Part shown: one piece after another, positions 36,001 through 50,199 of the stretch | How positions within the stretch are numbered: the first letter of the stretch is position 1 | How the letters are laid out: each line of letters opens with the position of its first letter | DNA from: Eukaryota sp. GEM-RC1 | Lineage: Eukaryota | Assembly (NCBI GenBank): GCA_040285855.1 | Contig: JAUFOQ010000001.1 | Span: forward strand, 124,001 to 188,000 | Reading direction: 5' to 3' | Length of the DNA: 64,000 nt | The notes under the pieces: generated by a model | Told to the model about the DNA's origin: nothing | Database searches by the model: none | The model's input: the letters and a program-made list of their open reading frames with translations, nothing else | Made by a program: the position numbers and the translations under genes

Positions 36001-36183
36001 TACACTTATTGATGAACTGATTGAATATCTGTCACCTTCAATCGTTCAAATGCTGGAAGAGAGTTTTCTGCATCAATTTCTCAATTCTTCTGTTTTGTAG
36101 AAGCTAACTGATTGTCGACAGAATTAAAACAGACTGAGGTTTCATTGAATTCAATTGCAACCTCAATAAGGAGACCCTGTTGT

Positions 36184-36850
36184 TTAAAAATTTTCCGAAA
36201 ACTCTTGACACTGTGATAATTCACGTATCTTTTCAGAAAGTTCTGATTGTAATGACAAAACTCTACTGTACAATTCAGAATTCTGTTTGATCAAATTCTC
36301 AAAACCAGCAGAAGAACGATCATTTACATGACTGTTTAATTCATCTTCAATAGACTTGCAATCCTTTGGAAATTCTTCAGATAGTTTGTTCAATGATTCA
36401 TAAATATCTTTTAGTTTTGGTCTTTCCTTCATGTCCACGTGGCAACAACTTGAAACCAGATCAACAATACATTGGTCAATACGTGCAGGAAAAATTAATT
36501 GCAAAGCACACATTTGGACTCCAAGAACAAGCTCATTGCAAAACAATTCGTAAAGAATCATACCAAGGCTGTAGATATCCAATTTGAGTGACTTTCTATT
36601 AGACAAAGCTTCAGGAGCTAGGTATTTAAAAGTAAAGGTCAATTGATTAACTTTGAGTGGAGTTGTTTCTGACAGTACTCTTGAGGTACCAAAGTCACTC
36701 ATATTGTTCCACCTCAAAAGAAAGAAATAAACACGGGGTAGTGTTGATTGTAATGGTGGAGATCCCCTGATCCAATCCTAAAATTACATTGCAGACTTAC
36801 TTATCTGGTGAATCAAATGATGGTTTTTAGCATTGAGGAAGCTTGCGTCT
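36184..36850 (-). pseudogene. protein kinase C-lobe plus coiled coil, decayed
   Basis: SDFGTSR, TFKYLAPE, DIYSLGMILYELF, C...D...RP; possible degenerate subdomain VIb (SFLNAKNHHLIHQ) at ~36805-36845; N-lobe absent. Confidence 0.75.
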
Positions 36851-37651
36851 ATTATCATAAATGATTTATAATATTAATTATGACAAACAACTGAACTTTG
36901 ATAGTGGTGATGAAGTGAAATGATGTCGAAAATCATTTGTTTAACCATACACTAACATTAATACACTCTGTTATTCCTTATTTACTCATTGTTTTCAAGG
37001 AACAATTTTCAAACAATATAAGAGCTCATTTCTGATCCAAGGCCTCAATGTATCACTATGAAATGGATCTTATGCTTCAATATGTAACTTCCAACAACAG
37101 GACTACTATAGTTGTGAAACAAACTTCCAAGTACTTTTTCACAGTCTTACGTTGTATTTAAATGAAACTTCCCAACAACGAATCAAATAGCAGTACAAGT
37201 GTTTGAAGAAATACTTCAAAAACAAGTGATTGTTCAGTCAATTACAAATCATTTATTTATAGAGTTTGAAAAGACCTCAATATCCTTTTCTCCAATAAGT
37301 CCATGTCTACAGTCCTTAGTAACTGATCATCATTAACTGATAAAAGAAGTAATATTTTACTAAATTGAATTTGACTCAATCAAAAAGTACTCCAAGTTTA
37401 ATCAATATCACCTGACGATATCAGTTCTATAGTTATAATAAATGTACAGGTGTCGTCTCGAGTTAGATTCCGATTTAACAAAAGATAATTTGAATAACTG
37501 CTTTCAGAGAGGAACACTTAATGATAATGACAATGTTGTTTTCTGTTTTCAACGATTTAAAGGGGGCGACCACTACAATATAACGAAGGATACGGATTAT
37601 AGTTACCACTACTTAAAAAATGAAACACAATATATAAACCAAAATTAATAC

Positions 37652-40600
37652 CTAGACCTTGCTGAAAGAGAAAGTTGAAGAAATTCCAATCAGTAAAGAA
37701 ATTCCAAGTAGAATGACTTCAACAATAGATGTAGAAAAACTTATCAGCAACACTAGCACAACATTTTGAATAATAAAATATACAAGACTCTGACATAACG
37801 ATCCAAATATAATCAGAGAATAGCAAAAAAGTGACAAAAAGTAAGGACTTTGACGCTGTAGTACTAGTACCATAAATAGAAAAATAAAGTGGAATCCTGA
37901 AAGAACAAAGTTCCACATAGACTGACTATTAATGAAAAAATGAGCAAGAAATGTACCAAAAATATAATTAACAGAGCACATTGCTGATCCAAACAAGAAA
38001 GCACTATTCCTAATTTGGAAACTAGAATTTTTAATATATTGGGTCATGAGACGTTTGGACGCTAGACTTAGTGAGACCAAAATACCAACTGACAAAAACA
38101 TTGATGAATCAAAGTAGATCAATGACGACATGAATTCAAGTACAACTACCCAAATCGAAATTCTTAGAAAGAAAATTGTGGGTGCAACGAACAAAATAAA
38201 ATTTAGAATGTTAAAATAACGGGAATATTGTTCTATTACCCGTTGCTGACCAAATGAAGAAAGAGAAGATGTTGCTACTCGTAAGTATTTGAATTCTGAA
38301 TTATCAAGAGAAAGTTGAATAAATAATCTATCAGCAAACAATAAAACAACGACAAAACAAAAGCATGACAGTAGTTTTAGCCATGTATATTCATTTCCAA
38401 TACAATAAACTTTTTTTGGAAACAGCGTCATTAGTACAATACTGGCATTTATCTCCAAAAGAATACCCTGTTCTGCAGGAATTATCTTCACAATTATACC
38501 AAAAACACACTCAACGAGTTCGTATTTGTCAGTATTTAATCTAAAACCAGATGCGATATCAGTCAGATTTCCATATCCACATTCAGCCAAATGAGGACAT
38601 GGTAAACAAGCACCATGTGAATCTAAAGTATTTAAAGGACAAACACAATGATCAACATGAGTAGTACCATTATGAAGAGTGATTCTAGGAAAAGTACAAG
38701 ATCTGCACTCAGAATTCAGCTCTAAATTTGTATAGAAATTTAACGGACATTTCACACATTCACCAAGAAAATTGAACTCCATTCCTCTTGGACACAAACA
38801 TCCGTGTCCAGAATTCATTTTAGGTGAGTAACAATCATTCGCTATTAGATTGAGAGTGACTGATTGAGAGGAATACAACACTGTTATTTCGATTAATTGA
38901 AGTGGGTGTGTGACTAACTCAATCATTTTACCATCTAAAAGATTGATACCAGCTTCAGAAATTAGAGTTAAGTCGAAAAGAGGAACTTCATGAGTTATAT
39001 TGCACAATTGTTGTTGAACAGTGAAGTATATGGAAATATTTAAGACCGTACATGCCTTCTCTCCATAGAACTGATGTCCACAATCAAAAGATTGAAAATT
39101 GTTGACTTTCAAAATTTCTACAAACTTTTGAACAATAGTACCATTCCAATGAAGTTTAGCTGAATTAAATTGGTAATGTATAGAATGTTCTTGAAGTAAA
39201 GGTAAATCAGTAAAAAAGAATGAAATATGTGTTAAATTGAAATCGAAACCAGAATATGATAGAGTAGATGTAATTATTGAAATATGGTGATCACAATCAA
39301 CAATAAAACCAATAGCGTCGACACAGAAACATGGAATTGAAATGCTCATATTAATTGGATCAAATTCTAATGTTGTTTGATTTAAAACTAAAGCATTAGC
39401 ATCCGAAGCAGAGATGATTATAGGAAAAGGTGAAAATGAACGAAAACACTTAGCAGAATATAGAGAAGTACCGAGAGTAACACTGTCAACTGACAACAAC
39501 AACTGTTTTGTGGAAAAAAAAGATACAAGCTGGCTGACAGATCCGAAAAGCTGATCTTCAAACACTAATTCTATGTGTTCTTCAATTAAGTTCCCAAGAG
39601 CAGTAATTCCATGTCCAAATGAAAAGGGTTTAAAACAAGAATCAGATATATAGCCATATACTTCTAATTCCAATAAATAAACACTGTCAAGAGCAAGTAA
39701 AACAATTTCAGAAACTCGCGGTAAGATTACATCAATGGTACACATTGAAGCAAACGCGAAACCACTGGGAATTTGGTGACAATAATAAGAAAGCAAAATA
39801 GTTTGATTGTCAATAATAAGATCAAAAGGAAGATTAGAACGGAACTCCTGGCAACTAGAATTTGTTGTAATGACGAATTGAAAGACATCAAATGTCGAGT
39901 TCAACTTAACGACGATTGATTGAAATTTTGAAATAAATTGCGCACATTGTGAAACATCCACATTACAACACCTTATGCTGTCAATAATAACACTATTTAA
40001 ACCAGAATTGAACAAATTTAGTTTCGGATGTACTGAAGAAGAAACAAAACAGACTTCTTCAAGAAAAGCTTCACCTCGTACATGTGAGGAATCCACTATA
40101 ATGTCACTTAGTGAAAGTTTCACTATAACAAACTCTTGAAAGGTTGGTATAATAACATCGTTACAGGACAGAGAATTGTTAGATAAAATTCCTTTGAACT
40201 GTTGAGAACCAATAGAACAAGTTAAGTTTGAATAAAGAATTCCTTCAAAATTAACAGAAATTGTCCGGTGTAGCAAAGGGCTTACGAAATCTGTGGACCA
40301 AGCGTTAATATCAAAAATGACAACATCACCAACACTTTGGAGATTAAATCCAGAATGTTTCCAGTACCAAGTCTGATGGTTTTCTCCTTTAGAAAAGTTG
40401 AATGCAAATTTGTCAAAAATGTAAGATAATTTAAATCGAGAACTAGAACGGGCATGTATCTCAGTTGGTTTTGTCAAAATATCATTGATTAGGAATAGAG
40501 AACTTGGATTGAAGTCGCCAACAAAAGAAACGATTATGGAGTCAGGATTGGAAAGTGACATCACAGTTGGGCTCACCAATTGAACTAGTGGTGGTTGATG

Positions 40601-43600
40601 AACGATAATTTGATAAACAAAATAAAAATTTGATTGGAAATACTGAATTGAAAAGGTAAGTTCAACAATACCTTCATCGAAACCAACGAAACATAAATCG
40701 AACTGATTCATACTTGAATAGGTGGTAGTTAATTCACAATTATCAGAACACGACATAGCGTAGACGTAATTTGGATCAACAACATCAATCACAATTGTCT
40801 GCACTGTATTAATCTCAATAATTGAAGATATATTCACGTTATAATAAGAGACTGAGCTAATATTGATTGATTCCATGGATTTCGATAGAAAAATAAATGG
40901 GCTTGCTTCTGAAATAGTGAAGATATTTGCTCCCGGAGTTAAATGAAATCTGATCTTTCCGTGTGTGATAAAAAGATCACTAATAGGCTCAAGTAAATAA
41001 CACTCAATAACTGAATTGTAAAAGACTTTGGGAGGGAATATTACAAAATTTGAAACTGTTAATGTAGATTGATTGCTTAAATGTCCGAATGACACACTCT
41101 GAAGACTTGTTGTTCCGGACGTAAAAATTTGAACTTCAAAATGTAACTTTGAATTGGTAATATTGATTAGTTGAGATGAAGAGTTACTGAATGAGAAACT
41201 ATTTTGAATGATTGAACAATCATAAAGACTGATTCCCTCTATCTCCACAGTAACAATAAGCGTCAGAGGTTTACCAAACCATTGAACAAACTGAGGGAAC
41301 ATGTGAGAGGGGGATACAACAAAAGGTATGTTGAAAATGGGAAAACACCCAGATTCGCTACAAATTCTCAACTCATTCGGAACTCCTGATATGGATGAGG
41401 TAAAAGTAATTGTAATCAATGATGATGATGCTTGATAATTAGATATTTGAAGGGAATTCGGAATATTGGAATTGACGAATGTGTCAGAAAAGGAGAAGTC
41501 CTCTAGATAACTGTAAACTGTAATAGAACAAGGAATGCCAACAAAGCAAACATTGTCAGTATTGTTAGCCACAAGTGCAGTTACAGGAATGGAAATTATT
41601 CGAATTAATTGAGGAAACAATTGAACTGAAATAACAAATTCATTAAATCCGTACAAGTCACCTGTGAATACTTCAATTTCATTATTGTTAAGAGTTTTAT
41701 AAGAAGCGCCCCCAACAGACATTTCAAGTGATGAATTATGAAAACACTGATACATTTTCGAAAAATTTGGTCCAACAAGAAGAATTGATCCACCAACGGG
41801 TGATAAAGGTATCGTTGAATAACTAACTTGTGGAGGAGTAAACGTAAGTACAAAAAAGTTACTGCTCTGATTTCCAACAATTAAATAGATGTCAAATATG
41901 TTAGATTTGATGTTACAAATGTAAGGAATATATACAGTAATTTCATCATGAGTGTAATTTTTGACAAGGACTTGTGGAAAACTGGAACTCAATGAAAAAA
42001 AATCATAAAAATCATAAAAATCAGAACCAAATATTGCAATATGTCCTTGTAACGGAAACAGATCGTTTGATACTGATGAAATGAATGGTCTTTTAAAACA
42101 GTAATTAAATACAATGATTGAAGGATCTGTAGATCTGGAAAGAATCATTTCATGACATCCATGACCTTCAAAAAAATTAAGAGTCAAACATTCGTGATTA
42201 TTTGAAGAATATTCCAGACTTTGATTGATTACCGCAGATGAATGATGAATGATAATAGTTTCTATACCAAGATTAAAAGCAAACATTGGTACGGATCCAC
42301 CTCTAGTTGGTGGTTCTAAACTAACAAATTCAATAGGACAAATAGGGATCAACAATTCATAAAGTGCAAAGATTTTTGTAATATATAATTTACAATATAT
42401 TGCATTGCTCAAGGAATCAAATGATAAAATATCAGTCAAATATAACTTTAGGGAATTCCATCGGAATATATGGGAAAAATCATTATTTGGAACTGAAATA
42501 TTCAATAAATATGTGAGATAACCAGCGTTTTTAAATGGTACATAAATTTGACAGAACGACGTGTTACAACAGTCGTGTGATGGAGAAACTAGAATATTTG
42601 AAAGTAGTTTCGAAAGATCGATCAAGGGAAAATCGCCACTTACAACAGATTCTTCGTCAATAAACACGTGTTTCGAAATTATTGGAAAACCTGATATGAG
42701 AGTCATATTAGATGCTTCAACAACGAGTGACGAGAAAAATAATTCTTGGCTAAAGTCTCGGACAACAATATTTGAACTTTCTGTAAACAAACTCAATTTG
42801 AATTTCTTGTCGAATGAACAACCAGATAAATTAGATCGATCAAGAAGCAATTCAGACTGGAACAGAATGATGTCATACAAGGACAACTCATCATATGATA
42901 GTGCACAAAAATCCATATCAAGATGAAGTAAATTTAATGTTGACTGACTAAGAATCAAAAATTGAGTGAGTGTAAAATCTAAAATGTCAATCTTATTGAA
43001 AGTCGAAATGCTCAGCTGTGATTCTAAGAATATCGGAGACGATACATCATAAAGCGTAGCATTGTCCATCAGCAAAGTAGAACGATGAAGAAAGAAAGAA
43101 CAATTAGAATTAGATGTGGATATGATACTAAGAGAAGACAAACTTAGAGAGGAATCGAAAGACTTGAATATGCGATTGAAAAACGACTTCTTAAGACGCA
43201 GATCATTCATTGTAATTATGCTATTGACTGACTCCACCAGTAGGTTACCTGTACAGTTGAAGAGAGACAGAGAATCAAATAGTAATTGTGCATCATAAAT
43301 TACGACAAAATTTGAAAAGATTGAATGATCAATGGAGCCCGAGAATATACTTACATTCGTATAATTCGAAATTGAAAAACGTCACCATATGAACTGGACA
43401 ATTTCATGTTATGTAATAGAAATGTATCGTCATTTAACACGAACCAAATACTAGCAGCTGACTGATCAATGATTACATTACATAAAACAAGAGTGCTAGA
43501 AAAACTGTCAACAAAGTGAAATGGAGAAACTGAAGTTATGCTTAAGTAACTCAATTCAAGTCTAGATTGATATAAATGAAATACACAATCTGAAGTCACA

Positions 43601-46600
43601 TCCACGAACGACGAGTAATGGAATTCTACTGAGGATGACAAAGTATCAATCAGATTCTTGGCAGTCAAATGAATAAAAGAAGAGTTAGAAACCAAAACAG
43701 AAGATGATGACAACGACATCAATGATTGAGACAAAGATCCTGAAAATACAGAGTTATTGATCAAAATTAACGATCCCAGACAATCAAACAATGTCAAAGA
43801 GTGAACATCAAATATCGAGTCTGTTACATGTAAACTAGAATTTTCAATTAAGAAAAGAAGACCATTAAAATCTGCATGATGACTTGTACTGATTACCGGA
43901 ACAGTTGAATTGGAGAATTTAATTAGGACACCTTTTGAGCTGTCGATTTTTAACATATTTAGTGTCAATAACGATGAATCAATCTCAAAAACAGTCTCAT
44001 TGACTCCTGAAATGATCACGTCACCAAGACCAACAACTTCCCAATTGACACCAGTTACATTCACCAATTCTTGATTAAAATAGTAAATTCCTTCAAGGAA
44101 ATAAATCTTCCCTTTTCTTCCCATTCTTTCTAAAATTCCCTTGAAAGAAGCACACGGACTATCGAAAGTACCACAACAAAAATCATCAACGCCAGTGGTA
44201 GACATGTACGAAATGTGATTTAAATGAGCCCTGTACTCATTAACTGATGCAAGTATTGAGTTTGAAGAGTAACTCAGACTAATCAGTGAAGAACATGTGC
44301 TTGTAAAAGAGCTAAACTGACCCATTATACTAGATGAACTGACAAGTAAAAACTGTCCACCACTCCATTGTTGGAAAGGATCAAATTCCACGTCCAGAGT
44401 TCCAGCTATATAAATGGTGGAGCCTACAATTAGCTTAGTGGAAGTCCTATCGTTTAAGAGTTTCAAAGAGATAACAGAAGAATCTGAAAGGAAAAGACTA
44501 ACATCAAAAATCAGTACAAGTGAAGGAGAGATTGTGCCAGAGTGTGAAGTAATGTCAGAAACTAGTCCAGAACCTCTTAATATTTGAGAATCTAATAATT
44601 GCAAAGTTTGACCTAAAATCGCGTTTGCATCTGGAAAGAATGACGTGTGCATGAGTAGAGAATGAAATAGATGAGAAGGTTACATGCGATGTTAATAAGA
44701 CATCAGAGTGACACACAATGGAACCATTAGAATATGAATTCAAATTTGAAAATGATACGTCATCAAGAATCACGTGACTCAACAAATCAAATGAACGCGA
44801 TAGTAGAATCTTTCCAGAGATCGAAGAATTGATAACTGATGCTTGAAAAAGTACAGACGACGAAAAATTTCCTGTATTGATGTTGGAAGAAGACGTTATT
44901 CTAAGGACAGAATTTGCAAGAATTTGACAATGATAACACTGGAAATAAGAAACAAGTAATTCACTATCAACCAATGATTCAAAAGTTGAGTATGCTAAAT
45001 TTAGGAGGTGGAAATAAGTAACATTAAAATCATTTTGGTAACGACTTTTGATTGCAGTCAAACTGACGATTGTGGAAGAAAAGTAAACTGAATCATCGTA
45101 GTAGAACTCACTTGAGTTTAAAGTGATTGATATGTTATCGGTTAGAATTTTAGAATAATGCGATAATGTCATTATTGAATTATTGAGTTCGAATGTTTCC
45201 AACTCATGAATAATTGTACCATTTGATTGAAGAATCGAGGAAGTTAGTGAAATTGAGCTTAACTCAAACTTTGAAGACCAAACCTGAAGATCTGAATCAA
45301 TAAGGGAAAACTTTCCATTTCCTACAATACCCAACGGTATAGTTGAATTAGATACCATATTACACTGCCAGTGTATACTAACTCCTGTTGTTCCTTTACC
45401 ACTTAAATCTGAGACGATTCCGGGAATGTTTGCTGGAGAACTTACAGAAGTTGTTCTCCCTAGAGCACTGTAGGAATCAGTGCCCCAAGACCACACATTG
45501 TTGTTGATGTCGACAGCAACAGAATGCCAATATCCTGTCGAAGCAGTAATAGTCTTACCAATCACTTTTACTTCAACTGGAGTAGTAGAACGTCCGCCAC
45601 CGGTACCCAATTGACCATAATCATTCCCACCCCAACTCCATAGTTTTTGGTTAATATCAATTCCAAGGGCGTGTGGCCAAGAAGTATCAATAAAGGTAAA
45701 CTCAATGTCAGGGGCGAATTCAGTGGGAGTCAAATAAGTAGTTCCAGAACCACCTAATATAAGTCCACAAGCAAGAGTCGAACCATTTTCTTTGATGAAA
45801 TAAGAAGCAAGTCCTGCTGAAACAAATTTAACATTCTCCAAATTACCAATTGTGACCGGGTAAAGAACATTTGAAGTACTGTCTCGACACAAAATATTAT
45901 CAGAACCACTTCCCCATCCAAAAACTTGACCATCCCTTGTTAAGGCAAAAGCTGTAAAACGGCGACCAGCAATTTGTTTAATATTGCTCAAATTTGGAAT
46001 TAAAGTGGGGATATTTCTGTTGGTAGTATCTCCTAAACCTAATTGACCTAAGTCGTTGAGTCCCCAAGAAAACACAGAACCCGACATGTTCAACGCTAAA
46101 TTTGAGTCTCTTGAGACAACTACCTGAATAATGTTGAAAATGTCAATTTTCTCATGAACGGGCCGGTTACCGCCAGAATAACCCAATCGGCCAAAGCTGT
46201 TACTTCCTGCAGTGTAAACATCACCATTTGTTAGTAGAACAGCCGAGTGATATCTTCCAATAGAAGCCTGTCTGACGGGAAACGGTAAAGTAACTGAAGT
46301 TGCTGAAGGTTGATTTCCAGAGAGTCCTCCTCCCAACTTACCATCATCATTTCTTCCCCATACATGAAGATCATTGGAGCTAAGAAGATGTCCCTTATCC
46401 TTAAAGGAAGTGGAATTACAATTGGTCAAAATGAGTTCACTGAAGCTATCTAAATCAATCAGACCATGTTTCCAGTCAAAAGACTTTGTAACTTTGAGCT
46501 TGTGAGCTTTTAAAGTGACAACGTCAGCATCTACCACAAGAGAATCTGTGGAAGTCAAAGAAAGAGGTGACGAAATTTCAGTAATTAAAGTACCTCCATT

Positions 46601-49600
46601 GATGACAAAGCTGTCAGTTACTGTCAATGTAGAGTTGTTCTGGAAGATGAGAACAACATTAGAGGAGATCGTTAGAGAAGTTAATATCACATCAGAATTA
46701 ATTATCACTGTAATTGAAAAGGTTTGAGCTGGAAGAACAACTGGAAACGATGGTAAATGAAGGTTAGCAGGTTTCCAATCGTTATGACGGGTGATTGTAA
46801 AAAAATTAAGTGTTGCTGACGAAAAGTAAACTGAATCGTCATAGTAGAGCTCACTTGAGTCCATGGTGATCAATACTTTATCATTTAGAATTTCAAGGTC
46901 TTGAGTTAAGGATATCACTGAACAACATAGTTCGAGTGTTTCTAAATCATGGAAAATTGTACCATTTGATTGAAGAGTTGACGACGTTAGAGATATTGAT
47001 CTAAGCTCAGACTTGGAAGCCGTTAAACCAACTTCTGAATCAATAAGTGATAGTTTTCCTTCTCCGATAACACTCATAGGAGCATTTGAAGCAAAAACAA
47101 AATTTGATTCAACAAAGACACTGATTCCAGTTACTGCATGTCCAGCTAAACTAGCAATGGTACCCGGAAGGTTTGCTGGACAATCAGCAGAAATAGTTCT
47201 ACCTAGAGCACCGTTCAAATTTCTACCCCAAGACCACACGTCATTGTTGACGTCAACAGCAACAGAATGAGTCCACCCTGCTGATGCAGCAATTACTTTC
47301 CCAATAGCTTTTACTCTAACAGGGACACTAGCATCAGAGCTGTCACCAGTTCCTAATTGACCGTACTCGTTGCGGCCCCAACTCCACAATGTTTGATTAA
47401 CATCAATACCGAGACCATGTCGATTGATGGCATCAATAAACGTAAACTCAATTTCATTGAAAAATTGTGTTGGATGACTTACATCTCGACCACAAGAAAC
47501 AGTCGAACCGTCATCCTTGATGAAGAAAGCATGACGACTAGCAGCAACAAATGTAATATTCTGTAATGATTCAATAAACGCAGGTGAAGTAACGTCATTA
47601 GTACTGGCTCTACACAGAGTGTTTCCTGAACCCCATCCCCATCCAAAAACATTGCCATTTTCGGTTAAAGCAAATATAGAATGTCGACGACCAGCAATTT
47701 GTTTGACATCAATTAAATTTGGAATTAAGGTGGGAAATTGTCTGTCATACAAATCTCCTAAACCTAATTGTCCTAAATTATTACTCCCCCAGGAAAATAC
47801 AGAACCAGAGACGCTCAGTGCAAGACTTGTACGGTATGAAACAAGAATCTGAACAATATTTGAAAGACCAATTTGTTTGTGAACATTCCGATTACCACCT
47901 ACATAACCCAATTGTCCATAGTTGTTGCGTCCAGCTGTGTAAACATCACCATTTGCTAACAGAGCAACAGAGTGATATTTTCCAACAGAAGCATGTCTAA
48001 TAGAGGAAGGTAGGGAAAAGGAAGTTGGAGTCAGCTGATGACCGGACAGTTCTCCTCCAAGTTTGTCATCTTCATTGTTACCCCAAACATGAAGAACATT
48101 GGAGCTGCTGGAAGAATCACGATTGACTGAAGTGGAATTACAATTGATCAAAATGAGTTCACTGAAGCTATCTAAATCAATTAGACCACGTTTCCAGTCA
48201 AAAGAGTTTTTGACTTCGAGCTTGTGACATTTTAAAGTCACAATATCAGCATCTACAACAAGTGAGTCTGCTAAAGTAAAAGAAAGAGGAGAAGAAATGT
48301 CAGTGATTAAAGTACCACCATTAATGACAAAGCTGTCAGTTACTGTCAATGAAGAGTTGTTCTGAAAGAGGAGAACAACATTGGAAGAGATCGTTAGATA
48401 AGATAATGTCACGTCATTACTAATGATCACTGTAATTGAAAAGGATTGGTCTGGGAAAACAACTGGAAAAGACGGAAAAGGAAGATAAGCAGGCTTCCAT
48501 TTTTTAAGACGGGTAATTGTAAATGAATTACGATTTTTAGAAGAAAAGAAAACTGAATCGTCATGGTACAGCTCACTTGAGTCCATGGTGATTGCTAATT
48601 TATCAGTTAGAATTTTGGAAAATTGAGTTAAGATCATTGTAGAATTAGAGAGTTCGAGTGTTTCTAAATCATGAAAAATTGTACCATTTGATTGGAGAAT
48701 TGATGACGTTAGAGAGATTGATCTAAGCTCAAGATCGGATGACGTTAGCTCTACTTCTGAATCAATGAGAGAAAATTTTCCATGTCCAAAAATAACTGAC
48801 AGCGGCTCTAGACGGGAATTTTTTACCTTGAACTGAGAACTTTGCTGTTGTCTTCTACCTGGTTGTGAAAATACTCGTGGGGAAGAATACGTCGTACTAA
48901 CAGTAAACGTAAGGTCAATACGATGCCAATCATTGTCAGAAGGAACCAATAGTTCTCTGTTTGCGGAAAGCCACTCACCCAAGTCAATTCTAATGGAATA
49001 AGAGTGACCATCAACATGACTTCCATACATTTTGGAGCCTGACATATGTTTGACTAGATATGAAAATTTATATCTACTACAACAGGAGGTGAAGGTTTGA
49101 AATACTCCAGAAAACATGTCCGACGTACTGCTGACAATATGATGTCCATTGGACAGTACTGCGGTACCCCCTTCATAAGACTGCCAATCGCTACCAATCA
49201 AATTCGGTAAACGTTTTTCCAAAACGCAATGGTTAAGATTAAGATCACTGAAGCGATCTAACTCTATGGAACCACGCTTCCAGTCAAAGAACCTTGTGAC
49301 TATGAGTTTGTGAGAGGAGAAAGAGACAAGATCCGCCTCCACAACAACCGAATCGGCTGAAGTTAAAGAGAGAGAAGAAACAGTATCGGTGGTCAAATTA
49401 CCTCCATTGACGACAAAGCTGTCGGAAATTGTTAGGGTAGCGTTTTGTCGGAAGAAAAGGACAACATTGGAGGAAATCTTTAGAGAAGATACAGTAACGT
49501 TACAATCAAGACTTATCGTAATCGAAGAGGTTTGAGGAGGGAGAACAACGGAAGACGTGGTTCCAGGAATGTAACCAAGATTCCAATTATTGCTTTCAGA

Positions 49601-49681
49601 CCATTTGCCACCCGATGTTGTACTCCATTGATGTAGAGAAGCTAAAACGCAATTACACCACAGAAGTACCACGACGAACAT
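37652..49681 (-). CDS. giant (~4000 aa) modular cell-surface protein: signal peptide, 3 scaffold repeats with inserted CBM-like and RCC1 domains, beta-helix-like stalk, IPT/TIG-like domains, Cys-rich repeats, multi-TM tail
   Basis: MFVVVLLWCNCVLAS start at 49681; three ORFs join at ~44636 and at the T run ~43376-43380; RCC1 motifs WG.N..GQLG; YMSTTGVDDFCCGTFDSPCASF; CPRG..C..CP.N.Y..C; about 6-7 hydrophobic helices at 38380-37660. Confidence 0.85.
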
Positions 49682-50199
49682 GATTTGAAACAGAGCGAGC
49701 AAAACACGTGTTAGATGTAACACGTGTTGATATGTGTTCAATTTTATTTGATGACATTTATGAATGGTCATCAGTTGAACTGTGGGAAAGACTTGACTTG
49801 CTGTGTCAATCCTGTTGCAGGGATTGGAAAACAGATAGTAGCACACATCAAAAGCTGCAGATTTCTTCCACTTGACTCGACTAGCCACTTGGACATCGTC
49901 TTTCTGCCTCGTCGTATGGTCATAGCTTGTCAACTTTGAAGTCTTCGAATTACATTTATTGGGTCTTGTTATTTGTTGTTTTCAAATGGGTTACTTACAC
50001 ACCTTTCTAAAAGTATTTATGTTGAATTTACCTAAGGGTATACAGTATTAAACGAATCGTAATACAGTCGTTCACAAAGGAAGATTTGAATAGAAATTAA
50101 TGACGATAAATGCTCAACACTTATCTGTTTGAAGGATCCTCATAACCTTAATTACAAAGAACATTTTGTCATGCTACCAGTTTTGAAGGGTGAAATCTG

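Noticed and set aside
43237..43380. Intron suggested by GTAAGT after the ORF stop in the giant gene
   Set aside because: Adding one T to the upstream run gives a continuous frame (FSISNYTNVSIFSG...) into the next ORF, so no splicing is needed.
49682..49933. 84-aa N-terminal extension of the giant ORF
   Set aside because: Non-ATG start; a clear signal peptide begins at the ATG at 49681.
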